42,371 nucleotides of DNA, from assembly GCA_029977665.1 (NCBI GenBank), contig JAPOKK010000003.1, forward strand, positions 1 to 42,371. Direction: 5' to 3'. This document shows positions 10,287-19,241 of this stretch, piece after piece; within the stretch, counting starts at the first letter, position 1; each line of letters begins with the position of its first letter. Position numbers and translations under genes: made by a program. The notes under the pieces are model-generated. The model saw only the letters and a program-made list of their open reading frames with translations, did not search any database and was not told the origin of the DNA. This DNA comes from Pseudomonadota bacterium (GTDB lineage: Bacteria; Pseudomonadota; Gammaproteobacteria; Ga0077536).

Positions 10287-11369
10287 TCAGCGAATCTTCA
10301 GCGTGGCCAGCGCGGCCAGCACCAGGATGACGGTGATGATCCAGAAGCGCACGATGACACGCGGTTCGGGCCAGCCCTTGAGTTCGAAATGATGATGGAT
10401 CGGCGCCATGCGGAAGATGCGCTTGCCGGTCAGCTTGAACGAGACGACCTGCAGGATCACCGACACCGTCTCCATCACGAACACACCGCCCATGATGAGC
10501 AGCGCGAGCTCCTGCCGCACGACCACCGCGACGGTGCCGATCGCGGCACCCAGCGCCAGCGCGCCGATGTCCCCCATGAAGACCTGCGCCGGGTAGGTGT
10601 TGAACCAGAGAAAGCCGAGGCCCGCACCGACGATCGCGCCGCAGAACACGCACACTTCACCGACCCCGTAGACGTAGGGGACGGCGAGGTAGCGCGCGAA
10701 GTTGACGTTACCGGCGACATAGGCGAACACCACCAGCGCCGCGGCCACGAGTACCGTCGGCAGGACCGCGAGGCCATCGAGACCGTCGGTAAGGTTGACC
10801 GCGTTGCTGGTACCGACGATCACGAAGTAGGTCAGCGCCACGTACAGCGCACCGAGTTCGATGGCGACGCTCTTGACGAACGGCACGATGAGTTCGGTCT
10901 CCGTCGGCGACTGCGCGGTGTGGTAGAGGAACAGCGCCGTGCCGAGAGCGACGACCGATTGCCAGAAATACTTGTACGGCGCGCGCAGTCCCTTCGAGTT
11001 GCGCCGCGCGAGCTTGAGGTAATCGTCGATGAAGCCGATCACGCCGAACAACAGCGTGGTCGTCATCACCACCCAGACGAAGCGGTTGTCGAGGTCGGCC
11101 CAGAGCAGCGTACTGGCGAGGATCGAGACCAGGATCAGCACACCGCCCATGGTCGGCGTGCCGGCCTTGGAGAGATGGCTCTGCGGACCGTCGTCACGCA
11201 CGTTCTGGCGGATCTGGAAGCGCGTCAGGTGACGGATCATCGACGGCCCGATGACGAGCGCGATGAACAAGGCCGTGAGCACGCCGAGGATGGTCCTGAG
11301 CGTGATGTACTGAAACACGTTGAACCCGGTGTGATAGCGGGTCAGGTACTCGGCCAGGTACATCAGCAT
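10287..11369 (-). CDS. mraY: Phospho-MurNAc-pentapeptide transferase
   Basis: [38 protein letters not shown]. Confidence 0.99.
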   Translation of the reverse strand: MLMYLAEYLTRYHTGFNVFQYITLRTILGVLTALFIALVIGPSMIRHLTRFQIRQNVRDDGPQSHLSKAGTPTMGGVLILVSILASTLLWADLDNRFVWVVMTTTLLFGVIGFIDDYLKLARRNSKGLRAPYKYFWQSVVALGTALFLYHTAQSPTETELIVPFVKSVAIELGALYVALTYFVIVGTSNAVNLTDGLDGLAVLPTVLVAAALVVFAYVAGNVNFARYLAVPYVYGVGEVCVFCGAIVGAGLGFLWFNTYPAQVFMGDIGALALGAAIGTVAVVVRQELALLIMGGVFVMETVSVILQVVSFKLTGKRIFRMAPIHHHFELKGWPEPRVIVRFWIITVILVLAALATLKIR

Positions 11370-12724
11370 GACGCGCCCTCCGCCTTCGTGAGGTCCGCGA
11401 CCACGCGCTCGAGGCCCATCGAGCGCGAACCCTTGACGAGCAGGGTCACAGCCGGCGACGCCGCTGCGATGGCCGTGCGCAAGGCCTCGACGAGTGCCGC
11501 GATATCATCGAAGTGCGCGCCGGCCGGGCCGAACGCGCGCACCGCGTGGCCAGCCAGTGCGCCGAGCCCGAACAGGCGCTCGACGCCGGCGGCACGCGCC
11601 GCCGCACCCGCCTCGGCGTGGTAGCGCTCGGCTGCTTCACCGAGCTCGCCCATGTCGCCAAGTACCAGCCATTTCGCGCCGTCGTACTCGGCGAGAACCG
11701 CGATCGCGGCGGCGAGTGCCGCCGGGTTGGCGTTGTAGGAGTCGTCGATGAGCGTGAGCCCCGCGCCGACCTCGTGCACGACGAGGCGTCCGGCGACCGG
11801 CGCGGCTGCGGCGAGGCCGGCGGCGATGTCGTCCAGGTCGACACCCACGGCCAGCGCGGCGGCCGCTGCCGCGAGCGCGTTGTCGACGTTGTGGCGGCCA
11901 CGATGGGCGATGGTAATCGCGCGCTCGCCGGCCGGCGTGCACAGGCGGAAGCGGGTTGGCCCGGCCCCTGTCGCCACGTCGAGCGCGTACACGTCTCCCC
12001 CCGTGCCGAAACTCAGCACGCGCCGTGGCGCGGCCATCTCGCGCCACAGGCCGGCATAGGCATCCTGCTGGTTGATGATGGCCACGCCGTCGTCGGGCAG
12101 GCGGGTGTAGATCTCGCCCTTGGTGCGCGCCACGGTGTCGACATCGCCGAACCCCTCGAGATGAGCCGGCGCGCAAAGCGTCACGAGGCCGACGTCGGGA
12201 CAGGCGATGTCGCCGAGCAGGGCGATGTCGCCGGCTCGGTTCGCACCCATCTCGATGACCGCGGCCTCGTGCTCGGGGCCGAGTCGGAACAAGGTCAGGG
12301 GAACGCCGATGTCGTTGTTGAGGTTGCCGTGCGTGACGAGCGTGTGCCGGCGCGTCGCAAGGATGGCGCCGATCATTTCCTTGGCCGTGGTCTTGCCCGC
12401 GCTGCCGGTGACGCCGATCACCGGGATCGCGAAGCGCAGACGCCATTCGCGCGCCAGCGTGCCGAGCCCCCAGCGCGGATCGTCGACCACGATCTGCGGC
12501 AGCGCGGCGCCACGGCGTTCGCGCACCACCGCGCCGGCCGCGCCCGCGCGCACGGCATCGTCGAGCTTGTCATGGGCGTCGAAGCGCGGCCCGGACAGCG
12601 CGAAGAACAGTTCGCCCGCGCGCAACGTGCGGGTATCCGTACCGACCCCGTCGAAGCGCGCGTCGGCGCCGTGCAGCGTGCCGCCGAGGATGCGCGCGGT
12701 ATCGGCGAGACCGAGCGAAATCAT
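11363..12724 (-). CDS. murF: UDP-MurNAc-tripeptide--D-Ala-D-Ala ligase
   Basis: [41 protein letters not shown]. Confidence 0.97.
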   Translation of the reverse strand: MISLGLADTARILGGTLHGADARFDGVGTDTRTLRAGELFFALSGPRFDAHDKLDDAVRAGAAGAVVRERRGAALPQIVVDDPRWGLGTLAREWRLRFAIPVIGVTGSAGKTTAKEMIGAILATRRHTLVTHGNLNNDIGVPLTLFRLGPEHEAAVIEMGANRAGDIALLGDIACPDVGLVTLCAPAHLEGFGDVDTVARTKGEIYTRLPDDGVAIINQQDAYAGLWREMAAPRRVLSFGTGGDVYALDVATGAGPTRFRLCTPAGERAITIAHRGRHNVDNALAAAAAALAVGVDLDDIAAGLAAAAPVAGRLVVHEVGAGLTLIDDSYNANPAALAAAIAVLAEYDGAKWLVLGDMGELGEAAERYHAEAGAAARAAGVERLFGLGALAGHAVRAFGPAGAHFDDIAALVEALRTAIAAASPAVTLLVKGSRSMGLERVVADLTKAEGASC

Positions 12725-14223
12725 GCCGCCCCCTCCGCCAGGGCAAGCTCGACCTGTTGCTGGTCACTGAACGGCAAACGGCGGCCGGCGATCTCCTGGG
12801 TCGTCTCGTGCCCCTTGCCGGCGACGAGCACGATGTCGCCGGGCCCGGCCGCGTCGATCGCCACACGGATCGCTTCGGCCCGGTCCTCGATCAGCACGGC
12901 GGCCTCCGGGGCGCGCATACCGGCGACGATCGCCGCCGCGATGTCCGCGGCGCGCTCGGAGCGCGGGTTGTCGCTGGTCACGATCACGCGGTCGGCGCCC
13001 TGCTCGGCATAGGCTCCCATCTGGGCCCGCTTGCCACGGTCACGGTCACCTCCGCAGCCGAACACGACGTGGAGACGGCGCGGGCCGAGTTCGCGCAACG
13101 TGGCAAGTGCCGCGGCGAGGCTGTCGGGGCCGTGCGCGTAATCGATGAACACGCGCGCGCCGCGAGCGCTCCTGCCGCAGGCCTGCAGGCGCCCCGGCAC
13201 CGCTTCGAGCCGCCCGAGAACCTCGGCAATCGTCGCGAGATCGTGGCCGCCGGCCTGCAGCAGACCGGCGATGACGAGCAGGTTGTCGACGTTGAAGCGG
13301 CCGATCAGGCGCGTCGCCACGGGCAGGCGCCGCGTGCCGGCGGTGAGTTCGAAACGCAGCCCGTCGGCATCGAGACCGATCGCACGCGCGGTGAGGTCGG
13401 CGTGACCGGAAACGGCGCCGCGGCCGTGACCGGACGAGCAGGTGAGCAGCGGCAGGCGCGAGCCGAACGCGGCGGCGAGTTCGGCACCGAAGGGGTCGTC
13501 GATGTTGACGACCGCCGCGGCCACGTCGGGCAGCTCGAACAGGCGACGCTTGGCGGCGGCGTAGTGCGCCATGTCGCCGTGGTAGTCGAGATGGTCGCGT
13601 CCGAGATTGGTGAACGCCGCAGCGTGTATGCTTACGCCGTCGAGACGTCCCTGGTCGAGCGCGTGAGACGACGCTTCGAGCGTGGCGGCGGGCGTACCCG
13701 CGGCACGCAAACGTGCCAGCCAGCGATTGATGCTGATGACGTCCGGCGTCGTGTTCGGATTCGCTTCCAGCGCCCGGAGCGGGCCGGCGCCCAGGGTTCC
13801 GATGTAACCCGCCGCGCCTTCCAGTATTGCGAGCGCCTGCGCGGCGAGATGGGCCACGGTGGTCTTGCCGTTGGTGCCGGTGACGGCGAACACGCGCACG
13901 CCGCGCGACGGCGTATCGAAGAAGCGGTTGGCAAGCTCGCCGAGCAGGCGGCGCAGGGCCGGCACGTGGACCACCGGTACCCCGCCCGCGACCTCGTCAT
14001 GCGGGCGCTCGGCGAGCACCGCGACGGCGCCGCGTGCGACCGCGTCGGCCGCGTAGCGAAAGCCGTCCTCGCGGTGACCGCCGACAGCGAGGAAGCAGCA
14101 ACCGGAACCCACCGCCCGGCTGTCCAGCGCGAGATCGCTGATCACGCGGTCGTTCGCCGCCGCGACATCACAGATGCCCGCGAGCAGGGTCGACAGTGGC
14201 ATGTTCTCGCTCAGCGCGTTCAT
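12721..14223 (-). CDS. murE: UDP-MurNAc-dipeptide--meso-DAP ligase
   Basis: TGTNGKTT, EASSH, DHLDYH, VFGCGGDRD, DNPR (meso-DAP specificity motif), AGKGHE; ATG 14223 overlaps the ftsI stop. Confidence 0.97.
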   Translation of the reverse strand: MNALSENMPLSTLLAGICDVAAANDRVISDLALDSRAVGSGCCFLAVGGHREDGFRYAADAVARGAVAVLAERPHDEVAGGVPVVHVPALRRLLGELANRFFDTPSRGVRVFAVTGTNGKTTVAHLAAQALAILEGAAGYIGTLGAGPLRALEANPNTTPDVISINRWLARLRAAGTPAATLEASSHALDQGRLDGVSIHAAAFTNLGRDHLDYHGDMAHYAAAKRRLFELPDVAAAVVNIDDPFGAELAAAFGSRLPLLTCSSGHGRGAVSGHADLTARAIGLDADGLRFELTAGTRRLPVATRLIGRFNVDNLLVIAGLLQAGGHDLATIAEVLGRLEAVPGRLQACGRSARGARVFIDYAHGPDSLAAALATLRELGPRRLHVVFGCGGDRDRGKRAQMGAYAEQGADRVIVTSDNPRSERAADIAAAIVAGMRAPEAAVLIEDRAEAIRVAIDAAGPGDIVLVAGKGHETTQEIAGRRLPFSDQQQVELALAEGAA

Positions 14224-15962
14224 GGCGCCGCCTCCTCGGACGAGGTGGACGGCAGGGCGCCCGCCAACCACACGGTGGGTGCGGCCGGTTCGCCGAGGGC
14301 ATCGGGCGGGATGTTCAGGATACGCGTCGCCTCGCGCATGACGCTGGCGAAGATCGGCGCCGCCACGCGGCCGCCGAAATGCTCGCCGCCGTCCGGCTCA
14401 TCGATCACCGTGATCGCGACCAGGCGCGGTTCGCGCGCCGGGATCATGCCGGCGAAGAGTGACAGGTAGCGGTGTTCGGCATAGCCGGCATCGACCGACT
14501 TGTGCACGGTGCCGGTCTTGCCGGCGACGGTATAGCCCGGCACCGCCGCCTGCTGTGCGGTGCCCTGCACGACGACGCGCTCGAGCATGCGGCGCACGTT
14601 GCGCGCGGTCTCGGCACTCAGCACGCGTTCGCGCGCCACGGGTTCGTCGCGCCGGACGATGGACAGCGGTTGCAGCCAGCCATCGTTGGCGAGCACGGTG
14701 TAGGCGCGCGCGAGCTGCACCGCAGTCACCGACATGCCGTAACCGAACGACAAGGTCGCGTGCTCGATGTCACTCCAGTTGGCGTAATCGTTGAGACGGC
14801 CGTAGGTTTCCCCGGGCAGGACGACATCGGTCAAGGAACCGAAACCGAAGCTGCGCAGGCCGCGCCACAGCGTCTCCGGCTCGAGCGAGAGCGCGATCTT
14901 GCTGGCGCCGACGTTGCTCGATTTCTCGATCACCCCGGCGACGTCCAGGGTGCCGAAGTTACGTACGTCGCGCACCGTGTTGCGGCCGACCTTGAAATAG
15001 CCGGGGGTCGTTTCGATCGCGGTATCCGGCGCGTAGCGTCCGCTCTCGAGCGCGATGGCCACGGTGAACGGTTTGATTGTCGAGCCCGGTTCGAAGAGGT
15101 CGGTGACGGCGCGGTTGCGGTAGTGCGACACCTTGCGGTCGGCACGGTTGTTGGGATTGAACGACGGCTGGTTGACCAGCGCGATGATCTCGCCGGAGTG
15201 CGGATCGACGATGACCATCGATCCCGCCCGCGCGCGCTCCGCGTGCACGGCGTTCTTGAGTGCGCGGTAGGCGACGTACTGCACGCGCTCGTCGATGCTG
15301 AGCACGATGTCCTGCCCGGGACGGATCGGGTGCAGCCGCTCGACGTCCTCGACGACCCGCCCGAGGCGATCCTTGATCACCCGGCGCAAGCCCGGCTGGC
15401 CGCGGAGCTGCTCTTCGAATGCCAGCTCGATGCCCTCCTGCCCGCGATCGTCGACGTTGGTGAAGCCGAGCACGTGCCCGGCCACCTCGCCTTCCGGGTA
15501 GAAGCGACGATACTCCTGCTGCAGTCCGACCCCCTCAAGATCGAGTTCGCGGATGGCAGCGCCCTCGTCGGGGGTGAGGTGGCGCCTGAGGTAGACGAAC
15601 TTGCGCTCGAGCCGCGGCATGACCAGCGTCTCGAGTTGCGCCACGGAGACGTTCAGGGTCTCGGCCAGTTCGCCCCAGCGTTCGCGTTCGGTGATGAAGT
15701 CGGCCGGTTTGATCCAGGCCGACTGCGTCGGCGTACTGATGGCAAGGGGCTCGCCGTTGCGATCGAGCACCATGCCGCGATTCGCGTGGATCTGGTCGGT
15801 GCGCAGGTAGCGGGCATCGCCGTGCCCCTGGAGGAACTCGCTCTCGTGCAGCTGCAACTCGACCGCGCGCCCGACCAGGGCGCCGGCCGCGAGCAGGAAG
15901 CTCGCCACCACCAGGCGGCGACGCAGTTTGAGATCGCGCCGGCTGCGGGTACGCGTGCTCAT
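14220..15962 (-). CDS. ftsI: Penicillin-binding protein 3 (class B transpeptidase)
   Basis: N-terminal TM, RGMVLDRNG, SxxK (GSTIK), SxN (SSN), KTG. Confidence 0.97.
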   Translation of the reverse strand: MSTRTRSRRDLKLRRRLVVASFLLAAGALVGRAVELQLHESEFLQGHGDARYLRTDQIHANRGMVLDRNGEPLAISTPTQSAWIKPADFITERERWGELAETLNVSVAQLETLVMPRLERKFVYLRRHLTPDEGAAIRELDLEGVGLQQEYRRFYPEGEVAGHVLGFTNVDDRGQEGIELAFEEQLRGQPGLRRVIKDRLGRVVEDVERLHPIRPGQDIVLSIDERVQYVAYRALKNAVHAERARAGSMVIVDPHSGEIIALVNQPSFNPNNRADRKVSHYRNRAVTDLFEPGSTIKPFTVAIALESGRYAPDTAIETTPGYFKVGRNTVRDVRNFGTLDVAGVIEKSSNVGASKIALSLEPETLWRGLRSFGFGSLTDVVLPGETYGRLNDYANWSDIEHATLSFGYGMSVTAVQLARAYTVLANDGWLQPLSIVRRDEPVARERVLSAETARNVRRMLERVVVQGTAQQAAVPGYTVAGKTGTVHKSVDAGYAEHRYLSLFAGMIPAREPRLVAITVIDEPDGGEHFGGRVAAPIFASVMREATRILNIPPDALGEPAAPTVWLAGALPSTSSEEAAP

Positions 15963-16222
15963 CGCAGTTCCACCACCTGGCGCGGCGCGGGCGTGACCAT
16001 ACCGAGCTGCTCACGCGCAATGCCCTCGACCCGCACATGGGTCGCCCAGGTGGCCTGTTCGAGCAGCAGCTGACCCCACTCCTGGTCGAGCTGCTGCTGG
16101 GTGTCGCGAAGTGACTGCAGCTCGACGAACAGCTTGCGGCTGGCGTGGCGGTTGAGCACCAGCTCGACGGCCGAGGCAAAGGCGCACAGCCCGACCAGTA
16201 CGGCGACGGCGAGCAGCCTCAT
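15959..16222 (-). CDS. ftsL: Cell division protein FtsL
   Basis: 87 aa; TM plus coiled coil with EWGQLLLEQ...RVE.IA...LGM..P; ATGA overlap with rsmH. Confidence 0.93.
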   Translation of the reverse strand: MRLLAVAVLVGLCAFASAVELVLNRHASRKLFVELQSLRDTQQQLDQEWGQLLLEQATWATHVRVEGIAREQLGMVTPAPRQVVELR

Positions 16223-17133
16223 GCGAGGCGCTCCAGCACGCGCAAGCGGGCGCTGCGGGCGCGCGGGTTGGCGGTGGTCTCGGCGGCGCTGGCCATCACC
16301 GGCTTGCGGGTCACTTCGTGAAAGGTCGGCACCGGCAACGGCCCGGCGCGACGTGCGTCGCGATAGTCCTGTTCGAGCGCGCGGAAGCGCTGCTTGACGA
16401 GCCGGTCCTCGAGCGAGTGGAAGGCGATGATCAGCAGGCGACCGCCGACGGCGAGCAGATCGAGGGCAGTATCGAGCAGGCGCTCGACTTCGCCGAGCTC
16501 GTCGTTGATGCGGATGCGGATGGCCTGGAAGGTGCGCGTGGCCGGATCGATGCGCCCGCCGCCGCGACCGATCGCCGCGCTGACGAGCGCGGCGAGGTCG
16601 AACGTCGTCTCGAGGGGATGGGCGGTGCGCGATTCGACGATACGCCGCGCGATGCGGCGCGAGTGGCGTTCCTCGCCGTAGCGCCAGAGCACGTCGGCGA
16701 TCTCCTGCTCGTCGGCGGTGGCGAGCCAGGTCGCGGCGGAGACACCGGTGGTCGGGTCCATGCGCATGTCGAGCGGGCCGTCGTGGCGGAAGCTGAAGCC
16801 GCGCGACGGGTCGTCGACCTGCGGCGAGGAGATGCCGAGATCGACGAGCATGCCGGCGACCCGGCCGCGCAGCCCGGCGAGCGCCTGAGCGAGCCCGGAG
16901 AACGCCATGCGATGCACCTCGACGCGCGGATCGGCTGCAGCCAGCGAGGTGGCGTCGGCGATCGCCTGCGGGTCGCGGTCGCACACGACGAGGCGGCCGG
17001 CATCGCCGAGCGCGCCGAGTAGCGCGCGCGCGTGGCCGCCGCGTCCATAGGTCGCGTCGATATAGATCCCGGCGGGTTGCACGTTCATGAGATCGACAAC
17101 CTCATCGAGCAGTACCGGTACGTGGACGGACAC
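16219..17133 (-). CDS. rsmH: 16S rRNA m4C1402 methyltransferase
   Basis: HVPVLL, DATYGRGGHA, DLGISSPQ, RGFSF, LDMRMD, FHSLEDR, NPRARSA. Confidence 0.98.
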   Translation of the reverse strand: MSVHVPVLLDEVVDLMNVQPAGIYIDATYGRGGHARALLGALGDAGRLVVCDRDPQAIADATSLAAADPRVEVHRMAFSGLAQALAGLRGRVAGMLVDLGISSPQVDDPSRGFSFRHDGPLDMRMDPTTGVSAATWLATADEQEIADVLWRYGEERHSRRIARRIVESRTAHPLETTFDLAALVSAAIGRGGGRIDPATRTFQAIRIRINDELGEVERLLDTALDLLAVGGRLLIIAFHSLEDRLVKQRFRALEQDYRDARRAGPLPVPTFHEVTRKPVMASAAETTANPRARSARLRVLERLA

Positions 17134-17142
17134 CGGTCTTGC

Positions 17143-17601
17143 TCACAGCGCCAGTGATTCGAGCGCCGACGACGGCGCGTTGCCGTCGGCGCTGACGTCC
17201 TCCAACCATTCGTCGCGCTCGGCCCGCCAGCGCACGGCATCCCAGATCTCGATCTTGTTGCCCTGCCCGAGCATCACGACCTGTTTGCTCAACGCCGCGA
17301 TCTCGCGTAGCTCGGGCGGTAACAGGATGCGGCCCTGGCCGTCGCAGCTCAGATCGGTTGCGTAACCTCGCATCATCTGTTTCGTGCGGCGGCTCTGCTT
17401 GTCGAAATCCGAAAGCCCGGACAGCTTGGCCTCGATGATCTGCCACTCGGCCAAGGGGTAGAGCCACAAGGAACGATCCCAGGGATTGAGGGTGAGGACC
17501 AGCTCGCGACTGTCGCAGGCGGTGAGCATTTCACGGAAGCGCACGGGGACGGCCAAGCGGCCCTTGACGTCGAGATTGACGGTCGTGAGTCCCCGGAACA
17601 T
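17143..17601 (-). CDS. mraZ: Transcriptional regulator MraZ
   Basis: MFRG, two DxxGR motifs (DVKGR, DGQGR), IEIWD; first gene of the dcw cluster. Confidence 0.97.
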   Translation of the reverse strand: MFRGLTTVNLDVKGRLAVPVRFREMLTACDSRELVLTLNPWDRSLWLYPLAEWQIIEAKLSGLSDFDKQSRRTKQMMRGYATDLSCDGQGRILLPPELREIAALSKQVVMLGQGNKIEIWDAVRWRAERDEWLEDVSADGNAPSSALESLAL

Positions 17602-17680
17602 GTGCGTGCGGGATCCCGCTCAGCGGCGCGCGCCCGCAAGCGCGCGGGGCGGTCGATTCAAGGCCGCTGATGCGTGTAGA

Positions 17681-17705
17681 TCCACTTTTCCCCACCAATC
17701 ACCAC
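17681..17705 (-). promoter_or_regulatory. MraZ operator (dcw box): three GTGG repeats at 10-bp period
   Basis: Minus strand reads GTGGTGATTG GTGGGGAAAA GTGGA (ccac at 17682, 17692, 17702), just downstream of the promoter. Confidence 0.85.
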
Positions 17706-17713
17706 AAGTGGCA

Positions 17714-17743
17714 ACTATAAGGACGGGCCACGAAAAGTGTCAA
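17714..17743 (-). promoter_or_regulatory. Sigma70 promoter of the dcw operon
   Basis: TTGACA (17743-17738) - 18 bp - TATAGT (17719-17714). Confidence 0.8.
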
Positions 17744-17892
17744 GGTGATTACCGGGAATCGGGCACGAATTCTTGCTTTAGTTACAGTAACTTAGCTCTC
17801 AGCCGATGGAATCGAAGTAAGCACACACTAACAACTCATAAGAAAGATCGAAAAAAATCATCACGATAAGCTGCAATGCTCATGGCCATTCG

Positions 17893-17917
17893 AGAATAGA
17901 AACTCGCTGCCGCGAGC
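17893..17917 (-). terminator. Probable intrinsic terminator of rnpB
   Basis: CTCGC-GGCA-GCGAG followed by TTTCTATTCT on the minus strand; stem is short. Confidence 0.45.
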
Positions 17918-17936
17918 GCGTCTCAGAAGTGCGGAG

Positions 17937-18326
17937 AAAGGCAAGGCGGCCTGTAAGCCGGGTTCTGTACTGCTGCAAAGCAGCATGGTGATCATTCATC
18001 TGCGATCCGCGTCACCGCGAACCTGTAGCGACCTACCCGGAAACTCACGCGGACCGCGCTGACCCGCCTCGCGGCGGTACGTTTCCCTATTTGGTCTTGC
18101 TCCGGATGGGGTTTACCCTGCCACCGGCGTTAGCCGGCGCGGTGCGCTCTTACCGCACCTTTTCACCCTTACCGCACCCGTGGGTGTGGCGGTATATTTT
18201 CTGTGGCACTTTCCGTGGGCTCGCGCCCCCCAGGCGTTACCTGGCATCCTGTCCTACGGAGCCCGGACTTTCCTCCATCGACGAACCCGCAAAGGTCCGC
18301 GACAGCGATCACCCGGCCGACTTGCC
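17937..18326 (-). ncRNA. rnpB: RNase P RNA, bacterial type A
   Basis: GAGGAAAGTCCGGGC, AGTGCCACAGAAA, GGGTGAAAAGGTGCGGTAAGAGCGCACC, GAGCAAGACCAAATAG, ACAGAACCCGGCTTA; P1 GGCAAGTCGGCC/GGCCGCCTTGCC; canonical position between rsmI and mraZ. Confidence 0.98.
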
Positions 18327-18362
18327 GGCGCCAAGTCTGAGCCTCGGCGCGACGCTTTTCAA
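18327..18362 (-). promoter_or_regulatory. rnpB promoter with GC-rich discriminator
   Basis: TTGAAA (18362-18357, overlaps the rsmI stop) - 17 bp - CAGACT (18339-18334) - TGGCGCC - 5' end of the RNA. Confidence 0.6.
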
Positions 18363-19207
18363 TCGTCCGCGGCGAGCGCGAGCGCGCGCCGGTAGACCGC
18401 GTTGCGCCGCGCGCCGGTGAGGCGGGTGACGACGCGCACCGCGGTGCGCTGATCGGTTTCCGCGAGCAGCACGCCGAGCAGGCGATCGATCTCGGCTTCC
18501 TGCGCGTCCGTCGCGACCTGCGGAGCCCCCGCTACCAGCACCACGATTTCGCCGCGCGTCGCGTGCGGATCCGCGCCAAGCGTGCCGAGCAGCGTTTCGA
18601 GCGTGCCGCGGTAGACGGTCTCGAAACGCTTGCTCAGTTCGCGCGTCACGACGGCGACGCGGTTCGCGCCGAACGCCTCACGCAGATCGGTGAGCATGGC
18701 GAGCAGGCGATGCGGGGCTTCGTAGAAGACCAGCGTACGCGGCTCGTCGGTGAGCGCGGCGAGGCGGCGCGCGCGCGCGCCGCCCGCGCTCGGCAGGAAG
18801 CCCTCGAAGACGAAGCGGTCGGTCGGCAGGCCACTGATGCTGAGCGCGGCGACGAGCGCGCTCGGTCCGGGCACGGTGCGTACCGCGACGCCGGCGTCGA
18901 GCGCGCTCGATACGAGGACGTAGCCGGGATCGGAAATGAGCGGCGTGCCGGCATCGCTGACCAGCGCGCAGGCTTCACCGGCGTCGCGCATGCGCGCGAC
19001 GAGTTGACCGGCCATGCGCCGCTCGTTGTGCGCATGCAGCGGCTCGAGCGCGGTCGTGATGCCGTAATGGTCGAGCAGCCTGCGGCTGTGGCGGGTGTCT
19101 TCGCAGAAGATGCGATCGACGGCGGCGAGCACGGCCACGGCACGCGGGCTGAAGTCGCCCAGGTTGCCGATCGGCGTCGCCACGACGTAGAGCGCGGGGC
19201 GCTCGAT
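18359..19207 (-). CDS. rsmI: 16S rRNA Cm1402 2'-O-methyltransferase (start codon uncertain)
   Basis: LYVVATPIGNLGD, EDTR, SDAGTPLISDPG, PGPSA, FEGFLP, YEAPHR, RELSK, RGE; first canonical start (GTG 19183) lies inside the conserved motif, so ATC 19207 is proposed. Confidence 0.95.
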   Translation of the reverse strand: MERPALYVVATPIGNLGDFSPRAVAVLAAVDRIFCEDTRHSRRLLDHYGITTALEPLHAHNERRMAGQLVARMRDAGEACALVSDAGTPLISDPGYVLVSSALDAGVAVRTVPGPSALVAALSISGLPTDRFVFEGFLPSAGGARARRLAALTDEPRTLVFYEAPHRLLAMLTDLREAFGANRVAVVTRELSKRFETVYRGTLETLLGTLGADPHATRGEIVVLVAGAPQVATDAQEAEIDRLLGVLLAETDQRTAVRVVTRLTGARRNAVYRRALALAADD

Positions 19208-19235
19208 TGACCCCTCCCCGGGTGCCGCTGATACT
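19207..19235 (+). promoter_or_regulatory. Putative sigma70 promoter of the lpoA operon
   Basis: TTGACC (19207-19212) - 17 bp - GATACT (19230-19235) - 6 nt - GTG start at 19242. Confidence 0.55.
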
Positions 19236-19241
19236 GGCTGC

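Noticed and set aside
2587-16984. Apparent long N-terminal extensions or fusions on FtsQ, MurB, MurC, MurG, FtsW and FtsL in the ORF track
   Set aside because: The extensions overlap the upstream gene out of frame; the true starts sit at or next to the upstream stop codons
18091-18420. ORFs of 109 and 71 aa
   Set aside because: Antisense to RNase P RNA, a classic spurious call
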